From: Laetmonice hystrix
Taxonomy: Eukaryota
Length of the DNA stretch: 64,000 nt
Direction of reading: 5' to 3'
NCBI GenBank assembly: GCA_965235115.1
Contig: OZ249440.1
Coordinates: 23,560,001-23,624,000 of the forward strand
The position numbers and the translations under genes were made by a program. Positions 54,374 to 64,000 of this stretch are shown one piece after another. How positions within the stretch are numbered: position 1 is the first letter of the stretch; each line of letters begins with the position of its first letter. The notes below the pieces were generated by a model. That model was not told the origin of the DNA, did not search any database, and worked only from the letters and a program-made list of their open reading frames with translations.

Positions 54374-55979
54374 TCCCCATCCCCTCTCTACCATTGTGTT
54401 GAGAGATCTAAACGCTACTCTAGTTTTAATAGTCCCCCGACAATATCACCCCACGGTACGAGGCAAAGCAAATACCATTTGGTTATTGGATGCCTAGGGA
54501 ATATGCGACGGCTGTCGCTGTGAAAGTAGGTCGGTTGCCAGCTATACTTAATGCAGATTAATTGGCAAGCAATACGTGTGTACAGAGGGGACGGCAGGAG
54601 AGGATAGTAAAATTGTACCTCACTGCCGTTTGGGGACTCCCTATAATTGATCCCATGTGGATGACAAAATATAAGGCACCCTTTAGTCTATCGAATACTA
54701 TAAATCGTGATACCGAGTAAAACTTTAACCTTTGGAAGGTGATCCTAAGAAATATATAACACTGCCCCCTTGGATGGAGAGGTGGGTGTTGGTGTTAATT
54801 ATACATGCACGCCCCAAACCTGCCATGGTTTCAGGTAACTAATGAAAACACGCCCGACACATGTTACACGACAGGTGAACATGACAATTAATGATACCAT
54901 AGCATGTCAACCATGTATGAATCGGAACGCGCTAAAATACCCCTAATCACGCACGTCGTGGGAACACTCAACAACTGCTCCCCCCCCACCCACATCCACA
55001 TTCCCACACCCTTATACCTGAAACCCCGCGTTATAAAGACTCTCCGCCTTTTTTTCCTTCCAATGATCGGATTCGGTTGATATCCATTTCTATGCAAGTT
55101 AACATAATCAGTAATTATTACCGTTTTAAGTACTGCTATCTCGGGTGAGATTCATTATCTGGGAGGATTAGCTCAATATTAGCGATTGAAGCCGTGTAGA
55201 TTATCCCTGTGAGTCGAGTTGTGCAGATAATGAAGGGAAAGGTCAGAGAATGCATGGTCTGTCTTCTACTGATGAACTCCCGGCGGTACGGGAACGGGTG
55301 GCTCCCTCTGGTGGCAGTTTGACCTGTTGCCTCCTCCAGTATCGATCCCCACACGTCGAGCAGGAGGAGGAGGAGGAGGAGGAGGAGGACAAAAGTAGAT
55401 ATTTAGACCCAATCATGAGCCGAGTGATTGCCGTACTTGGACGTCGTGCCTCCCTCCGCAGGGAGAGTGTGTACACAGGTGACCACAGACCCCAAACACC
55501 ATGTCCTTCACACACACCACCTGGGGAGAACGCCCTCCCACCCGCTCCCACGGGTCGGGTCGGAAACAATATTATAAACATGTTATTCGGGATCAGCCCT
55601 GCCAGACAGCGAGTCCCTCTAATAGGATCTGTCACATGTCAGCATCCGCTGCTGTAGGCCAGACATCATTGGCCATAAATAAAGTTATAACTTTGAAAAA
55701 TGAACTGATATTCCAGTTTGTTACACACCTTCGCGCCTTATAATTTCCCGCTTTTAATAATGGAGGAGGAAAACGAAGTTTGCAGTGACTCGGATACAAG
55801 TGAGGGGGTGAGGTAAATGAAGTGGATTTATAAACTAATCAGATGGGTCGACCACATTGCCGAGCCCACTGACCGCCGCCTGCCGGGCAGTCCTTCGACC
55901 GATGATTATCGACGGTAAAGTTCATTACGGTGCGAGTCGATGGTTCGATGAATGAGACCCCGGGCGGTGGGAGGGTAGG

Positions 55980-56283
55980 CTGCCTGCCCTCCACTCCCGG
56001 CCCGGCGGACTGCCCAGTCTCCCCCCGCCCGGCCCGGCCCGGCCCGGCCGCCTGGCCTTCACTCCCGGCCCGGCGGACTGCCCAGTCTCCCCCCGCCCGG
56101 CCCGGCCCGGCCCGGCCCGGCCGCCTGGCCTCCACTCCCGGCCCGGCGTACTGCCCAGTCTCCCCCCGCCCGGCCCGGCCCGGCCCGGCCGCCTGCCTGC
56201 CCTCCACTCCCGGCCCGGCGGACTGCCCAGTCTCCCCCCGCCCGGCCCGGCCCGGCCCGGCCGCCTGCCCTCCACTCCCGGCC
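55980..56283. repeat. GC-rich ~60-bp tandem repeat with internal (CCCGG)n
   Basis: CTCCACTCCCGGCCCGGCGGACTGCCCAGTCTCCCCCCG(CCCGG)n repeated about 4.5 times. Confidence 0.93.
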
Positions 56284-56285
56284 CT

Positions 56286-56494
56286 CAGCTCCTCCTCCAG
56301 TCAGCCTCCAGTCAGCCGTCCTCCTCCAGTCAGCCGTCCTCCTCCAGTCACCCGTCCTTCTCCAGTCAGCCTCCAGTCACCCGTCCTCCTCCAGTCACCC
56401 GTCCTCCTCCAGTCAGCCTCCAGTCACCCGTCCTCCTCCAGTCACCCGTCCTCCTCCAGTCACCCGTCCTCCTCCAGTCACCCGTCCTCCTCCA
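56286..56494. repeat. ~18-21-bp repeat CCTCCTCCAGTCACCCGT
   Basis: Visible array abutting the previous one. Confidence 0.92.
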
Positions 56495-57153
56495 GGCAGA
56501 TAACGCTGACAAAGCGCTTTAATTTACAACGCTTTAATTTCCTCTAAATCTTCAATTTTTTCAACCGCGTCTTTGATCGACTCGTGTTTTGTACTAAAAT
56601 GCATTAATCTAATGTTATAATCATTCCGTCCGATCCCGTGTTCTCCCGTATAACACCACTGCCATGGCAGTCAGCCTCCATTTCTGCACCCATTCATTGA
56701 TATGAAAATGTAATACCATTTATGAGGTGTGGTTGTAGGGCAAGGGGAGCTTTATTTGTCTATTATCGGGTCTTGTGTACACAGGCCCGGCCGTTGTCGG
56801 TGGTTCACGTCTAATAGTTTCAACATTTCCCATCAAATATATTAGACCGAGGAGGAGTTTGCGCTCAAACAATTGGCGCGGCGCGGTGGGGGTGATCTTT
56901 ACCCCCCCCCCCCGCGTTCCAATATTGATCTCACCCACTTCGCCTAGCCCCCCAATCCCCTCACCCCACACCCAACACCCTACACTCATAGCTGTAGTAA
57001 AATATCAGTTTGGGAATTAATATCAATAATATGAACACCGAATGTAGATCAAGCATAATAAGTGACATGGTGGCCTTGATATGTGGCTGAGAGCTCCGTT
57101 AACCCCCTACATACCTTGTAACACTTGAATCTCCCCTCACACAACCTCATCAA

Positions 57154-57265
57154 GGCCCGATTTCTCGAACATACTTAATATATTTAGCCAATGTGAATCC
57201 TCCATTTCCTGAGTTGAGTAGATTTGAGTGAAACTCAGACTTAAGTATTTTCGAGAAACCGGGAC
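57154..57265. mobile_element. MITE, probably PIF/Harbinger (Tourist-like), 112 bp
   Basis: 25-bp terminal inverted repeats match at 22/25: GGCCCGATTTCTCGAACATACTTAA versus the reverse complement GTCCCGGTTTCTCGAAAATACTTAA. The element is flanked on both sides by CAA (57151-57153 and 57266-57268), a 3-bp TSD. Confidence 0.75.
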
Positions 57266-57788
57266 CAAGAGACGTCCAAACTTATGACATCATCGGCATA
57301 CGTTATGCAACGGAATACAAACGAGCCACTTCAGCCATTTAACATGAGATATCAGTATAGGAGAAACAACCAGGATAGAATATTACCTCGGATATAAGTA
57401 ATATGATGAAGTCGCTGTGTTAGCGAGGAAGAGGGTATAATGAATGGTTTGTACGTGTATTTTGAATGGTTGGGATTAGGATGTGCCCCTGACTGGCGGT
57501 GTGTGTGTGTGTGAGTGGGGTGTAGTGATGGACAGGGTCCGGTGTTTCCCCCCGTCTCGGGGCCCCGGGGCTGTTCGCTATCGCCCCAGTGCAGGCGGGG
57601 TAGGGAGCCTTTCCAAGGCACGCACTGCCTCTAGCTGTACATGGATCCTGTCGCTCATATTAAGCACCCCCTCCCCACCCCATCCCACGCCCCCTCCCCC
57701 ATCCCCTGAACGCTAGGCATGCAGAATGTTTCCCGTACATACCGCCCATTCCCTCCTATGTAGGTCAGCCCATAGAACGAGTCTGAAT

Positions 57789-58231
57789 ATACCACTTGTT
57801 ACGGTATATATCACCCAGCCCATAGCCTGAGTCAGTGTACATACCACTTGTTACGGTATATATCACCCAGCCCAGAGCCTGAGTCAGTGTACATACCACT
57901 TGTTACGGTATATATCACCCAGCCCATAGCCTGAGTCAGTGTACATACCACTTGTTACGGTATATATCACCCAGCCCATAGCCTGAGTCAGTGTACATAC
58001 CACTTGTTACGGTATATATCACCCAGCCCATAGCCTGAGTCAGTGTACATACCACTTGTTACGGTATATATCACCCAGCCCATAGCCTGAGTCAGTGTAC
58101 ATACCACTTGTTACGGTATATATCACCCAGCCCATAGCCTGAGTCAGTGTACATACCACTTGTTACGGTATATATCACCCAGCCCATAGCCTGAGTCAGT
58201 GTACATACCACTTGTTACGGTATATATCACC
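57789..58231. repeat. 52-bp tandem repeat, 8.5 near-identical copies
   Basis: Unit ATACCACTTGTTACGGTATATATCACCCAGCCCATAGCCTGAGTCAGTGTAC starts at 57789 and recurs every 52 bp. Confidence 0.98.
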
Positions 58232-61200
58232 TGTATAATAGATCTCCCATCTGAACGTCTTCGATTGATCGCTGAAACCCATCGACATTAATCGGCCATG
58301 AAGTTCTGGATTATCTACAAAGAGAAGAGATTACTATTATGTGTAGCATGGGACTGGGTATTGTAGAGAAAATTGCAGTACAATATACGGCTCGATATAT
58401 ATAGGCCAATATCGATCATCGTCTAATATGGTGTGTTTTCCTCGATTACCAGCGTACGGAGTCGGGTGGTGTATGGGGGTGTTGGAGTGGGGTAGGGGGT
58501 GATATAGCCATCCGTAACACCCCCCACTTCCTTGTGTATAGACTAGACCCTGGTGTTAATGAGCGGAACCACAGGATCCCGGGTTGTTATCATGCACGGA
58601 CGTTGACAAGCCGTGTTTAATCTCACATGCAGACTCTGTTGTCTATCTGTAAAAAGGCAGAATAAAATATGAGGACTAAACCTGTGCCGTCTCCGTGTGC
58701 GATGATAACCACCGCCCTGCCGCTCACAGCTCAGCCATTAACGCTTATCAGCTTCTGCCTCCATTCCTCCTCGCGGTTCTTTGGCATTGTCAATTGTGGC
58801 ATGCAGCGCGCGTGTGGCAAGAGGGGCGCGTGTGGCAAGGGGGGTGTGGGTAAGTTGTTATGAAATTATTCAGATATGAAATTACGAGAGGAAACGGGCT
58901 CACCCCTCGTTGTGCCACACAGGGAGGATGGGGTGGGGGTGGGGGTGTGTGTGGGGATCTCCTGGTCTGTATCAGACCATTTACCCACCCTATTGTCGCC
59001 AGCCCCCATGAGGTCAACCAGTTTCCCTGGCATTCATTTATAACGTTTAATTCAAGCAGTTTTTATAAAAACATGATTTTTATAATTGTGTTCAGTAAAA
59101 GAACTACTCGCTGCTGGTTGACAGTGGCGGTGACGATGAGTACACGGTTTACAATGTTGAGTGTATACGAATGTAAGTCAGGTATAGGGGTAAGGTTGAA
59201 GGAGGGTTGGGGAGGCGAGGATCGTGCCTATACGGCCGGGGTACGCTGATCACAGGCTATTATTGATTGGAACTGACAATGGTGCAGTGGTAAGGACTGA
59301 ACAAAAGAATGGCTGACTGGTGGCCGACTGGGCGCTCGGCTCCAGGGTCAGGTGGGGCACACCTAATCACATTTAGACGGAGCCATCTCTACCTTCGTCC
59401 GGGCCCGCTCCTGGCCTGCGAAATGTCCCAGCCCCAGGGAGGTGTAACCCCACCCCCCGACCCCCGCCCGTACACACCCAAACACTCCGTCACTGCATGC
59501 ATGCAGCCACACACGTGCATTCAAACACGGCCATATTTCCATGCATGCCCAGTCTTTCTTATGCCATCTTATGCCATATTCATATTCCGAGGTGTGCCTC
59601 ACAGTTCTATGTCCATATTGCATTTTGGCCTCGTGTCCACATGTCTTTGCTTTGCATGCCAGTGATTTTCGCGTTGATGGCATTCAGCTTTTTGCTTTGG
59701 GCAATTCAAATTAATGTTATTTATTGATCTTTTATATTTGAAAATCACCATAATTTCCGAAGCGTTCTTATTATTGAGGCGTGATTAGATTGCATAGAGA
59801 TAAAAGTTTTAGCCATTAGCAAGCCAATGTAAAACATGGGGAGCCCTAAGCATTCACCAGGTGGAAGTTGAATATGATATTTGGCTAAAATACAGTACTA
59901 AGATATAGATTGGCGTGCTTAGTACAAACTTTTCCTCCTTGCAAGTTTTCCTTAAAAGTCTTAAGAGCAGCGCAGCTAATACTAGAGTTTAAGTAGGGTT
60001 TCATTGTTGTTGGGATGTTGTCGCTTATAGAGAGGAGTAAGTTTTCTGTATAAAAGATACAATTTCATGCAGGTTATAGTACGGGCAGGTGCAGTACATG
60101 ATGAGCTGTCTCTATTACAAGGCGTCGGAAAATGCAACTTACCTTTTAACTGCGAAATTCTAAACCCGCTAGGAACTGACGTAATACAATTTCGATCTAC
60201 TTACAATTAAATTACGAATAATGAACATAATCGTCGAAAGCCCAAGACGCACACTTTTAAACACAAAAACAGGCAGCGGAACTTTTAATTACCGATCAAA
60301 CCCAAGTTTAATTACAAACGAAAACGTTACATCTGTACCGCCACAAGTCAACAAATACCCTCCTTAATCAGATCAAGCGAATTCAAATAAATTCCTCCCC
60401 TTGAGAAGCGGGTGATATTTTCACATGGCGGGAAGTAACATTCGCCTTTGGTCCCCTGACGTTATTCCTCCAGCGCGTGTTTGTTTCAATTAGAAACATG
60501 GAGGTGTCGGCTTTCGCTGCGCGCACATCGCCATGGCCGTGTGGATGTCGGTGTCGCCGGGTGGCGCTGTCGCCATCCGGTCGTATGTCGGCTGCGCGCG
60601 CAGCCCCACCACATGTGTGGAGATGGAGGGATGCCGGGACCGTCAGTTACCGGTCCCCGCCCGGCTCACCCCCCGGGCCGGTACTGCCCGGCCAGCCGGT
60701 CAGAGCGGATCGACCATGCTGCTCTATGATTGTCAGCCAGGGGCGATGACTTTTCTCCCAAGGTGTTGACTGCGCTGCCGAGTAAATAGAGTCGAGTTAC
60801 CATGCAGCTGCCGCCCGGATCAAGTCGATGGCTGGATCCGATTTCGGCGCTGCAGTTGTCACAGGGTTCTCACCATTACCCTATTATCGACACCTATACC
60901 GATGTTAATCTGGTCGTCGGGTTGGGTGTGGGGTTGTTTCCCGGGCAGTCGTAGTATTGGATATACCTGCCTGGGCGATGACAGGCGGAGAGGAGCCACA
61001 GCTGATAGGGAAAATCTGCCGCCTGAATGTATCCAACTTGGTCTCGCCATGTCGGCTAGAGCTCGTATCAAAGAGCGGCACAGACGTAAATATTTTAACC
61101 ACTACCAGCGATGTTTGTAGGAACATTTCGCCACGTTCTGGAACCCTGATTGACAGTCAATCAACAGCCTGCCTCTGCCTCGCCTCGCTTCCCATCAACT

Positions 61201-64000
61201 CTGTAGACTTTTGAAGACCCGCCTTTGGGACTGTAGAGCTATATTTGAAGGAACTCTAGACGCTATAACAGAAAGTTGTAGGCGTTGTCCCCAGAGAACG
61301 ATATTCAGCCGGATTTTTTGGGAACGGGGGGGGGGGGGTATGATGAAAGACGTGGTTGTCATGTCTAAACGCCCCAGCGTCCGAACCCCTGTACGTTACA
61401 CGGACTGCGCCTGCGCACAACTAGCGGGACTGATACGTAAAATGTTTATCTGGGCTCCCCAGGCGGACTGCTGGGGGAGGAGGAGGGGGTGGGGTGTCCC
61501 GGAGGGGTAGGGTATGGGGGTGAGGCGTGAAGTTCTCAAGAAAACGTCGGGATATATATGTAACGACATGGCGCTGAGAGATGAGTGGATGCGGCAGCTG
61601 TGGGCACGGTCGGGTAGAGATGGGCGATGTTTGGGAAACTTGACTAGGAGTGTCCACACTCGGTGGTGTTGACTTCCCAGACATAGACAGCGGGGGGATT
61701 CGGTCCTGAAGGCATCAAGGGGCAGGGGTATCGAGGGTGGCTTTAAGGAGCTGTGACGGTCCTCAGGTTGCCATGGCATCTGTCAATCACACCCACTGTC
61801 ACCCTCTGGCATGGGAAGGAGTTAGGTTTGACAGAATAAAAAATAATATTACACTGTAGGAACAAACTTTGCGGGGGCGGAGTAGTCTATCCGATCCGTA
61901 CCTATGTGGATGTTTATAAGTCATAAAGATCAAGATGGTAGTTATACAGAAGAGCACCAACCACCACCATGAGTTGATGTTGGTATAGAGAACGGTTTGC
62001 CAGTCTACATGAGCAGCGGTTGCCATCTATGCTGCACGAATAGAGCGCGAGGATCGAGGTAGATTCAGTGGAAATCCTCGATTGGTGCATCGATAGTCGA
62101 TTAGGAGGGACATGGGGCCCCCTGGGGCTCTCCGCGGCCGCCGCCACTCCTTCTATCTCCCGGAAGGGCGACCCCCCGGCGGAAGGGACCCTCCCCGACC
62201 CACAGACGGCGGTCAGGGCCGGCCACAGACGGTCACATCGAACTGACCATTCAGAAATCAATGTCCGCCAAGAGCCGTGTAAAGTGGGTCAGCCCGCCGA
62301 GTGGCAGCGTGCCGCCGCCGCCGACCAGGGTATAGACCGGGTGGGTTGGGGAGTGGGGTGCCGGGATCCTCGCCTGGCCCCCCGGGGGAGGACTAAACGT
62401 CGGTCGGTCTACCTGGGGTCTGGCAGGTCAGGGCGGCAACAAGCCGCGTGGGGGTCTCACAGCATAGCTTGTTAACCCTTACCGCCAGGGTAACGGCCGG
62501 CTGGATAAACAACCCCATTTCTATACCGCCTTTAGAAAGAACATGTTTGATACCTAGTTCTGAAATGTTTCAGAAAGTTTCTCTTGGCAGGGAATGTGAG
62601 AAGCCGCTCTCACAAGTGAGGGAGTAGCATGCTGCAGTTTATATCTTTCAATATTCTGCATTAACCGGAACGTCATGTTACCTTAGTCAGAAAGACACCT
62701 CATAAAGTCTCCTCATAATGACGAGATACTATTAAAATGTAATTTATCCATTGAACATAATAACTCACTTTACAATCATGTTTAACCTATTGTATTTGCA
62801 AGGTTATATTATATACTGTAGTATGTCACTAAGGATCAGTAGTCGATTACAGTCAGCCAGACTGCTCAGTTGTTCAGGCCCTCGGTACATTGTCGACTGA
62901 ATTAGTGCCAACCCCAGACTAAAGAACCCCGTTACCCTGGTCCCAAAGGTAGGCCTGTATTTGTCTGTGCTGGCGGTAATCAAAACGAGATTGTGCAAAT
63001 CACGAAAGTGTTGGGAAAGGAGCATTTGCTATACCCGAAGTAGCACAAATTGGCCGCTTACGAGGGCTGCGCAATGTCGGACGTGTTTCCGGCATATTAC
63101 TGGCGCAAATTAACATCTCCAACGCGTTGTTTCCTATCCCTGAGAGTACTCCTAGTGCTCTTCTGAGGCTGCAAATTTGTTTTGGTGAACACGGGTGCCA
63201 TTTGAATTGACCAGCACACGCTGGAGCCACGAGAGTCTGGTAGGTGGGCGACCAAAAGGTGCTGGTCTCGTTCTCGTTAACAAATCCCGCTGGTCTCGTG
63301 ATCGCGCGTTTTGACGCGAAGTTTGGAACGCGACCTGATACTTCTTACAACACCGGTCTAATTTTCTGAAATCTCCACGGTCATTAGGCCACGATACTAG
63401 TAATAAGGCGGCTGCTAATTGGCTATTTCCGTGTGTTTTTATTCCACAGTCTGTCTGTGTGTCTGCCCAGCCTCACCACGTCCGCTACACCTAGTTAACG
63501 TTGGTGATTGTAGCAACATGAGGGGTTCCAAGCATGCAGCCAGCATGCAGGCTGTAGAGAACACAGCTGTGTCAAACTAACCATGTAAAACGAGAGAAAG
63601 TTTCACAACCTCCCCCCTACCCCACCCACGCTGTTTAAGGCCAGGGGAGCAGGATAAAGTCAAACATAGTTAACTCGTGACGAGCGACACAGTCGTTGTT
63701 TACGGTGTGGGGCCCAGTAATAGCCAGATGAATCTCCTTAGAGTTTTATTGGCCAGCGTGGCTCACACATCCCGACCAGATCCGTCCTTAGACTGGCCTC
63801 CTCCTGAGCGCACTAAGCGCCCACTTGTGCCGTGACTTAACCCTGTGCTTGCCCGCACGGCGGCCGGCATCTGTCAGACGGAGGTAAGCGAGGCAAGGCG
63901 ACAGGGATATTTTCTCAGTAACTGTATCTCGGAGGCAATGCCATTATTTCGGATCCGGTCAGGTCAGGGGTCACGGCAAATGTCGGATCATTACCCGGCT

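Noticed and set aside
57789-58231. CRISPR-like regular array (the 9741 and 13895 arrays were also considered)
   Set aside because: Head-to-tail identical units with no unique spacers, no cas genes, and a eukaryotic context.
59925-59975. TTCCTCCTTGCAAGTTTTCCTTAAA superficially resembling coe exon 7 (FFLKFFLK)
   Set aside because: Translates FSSLQVFLKSLKSS with no CNQNC, and has no proper acceptor.

Overview
This is eukaryotic (animal) genomic DNA, not prokaryotic or viral. CpG is abundant, there are many micro- and minisatellites, and there is one 260-N assembly gap. The window holds the 5' half of one + strand gene, the Collier/Olf-1/EBF (COE) transcription factor. The ORF track misses it because every exon is shorter than 60 codons. 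I located six coding exons by eye, each with GT-AG boundaries: 548-681, 1275-1431, 1813-1876, 5488-5543, 11325-11398 and 11861-11929 (134/157/64/56/74/69 nt). They splice in frame to [185 protein letters not shown]. This covers most of the COE DNA-binding domain, including the HxxxCxxCxxxxxC zinc knuckle. I did not find the expected next exon (FFLKFFLKCNQNC...), so 11930-64000 appears to be a single intron of more than 52 kb. The host is probably a non-vertebrate bilaterian (inference). Almost all listed ORFs are noise or repeat artefacts. I found no evidence of a new protein-coding system. The most interesting signals are regulatory: six exact COE-binding palindromes inside the coe gene itself (possible autoregulation); a dense candidate enhancer at about 45.9-46.2 kb (nuclear-receptor DR2+DR0/DR8, a perfect COE palindrome, E-boxes); and tandem in-frame splice sites at the exon 2/3 junction.
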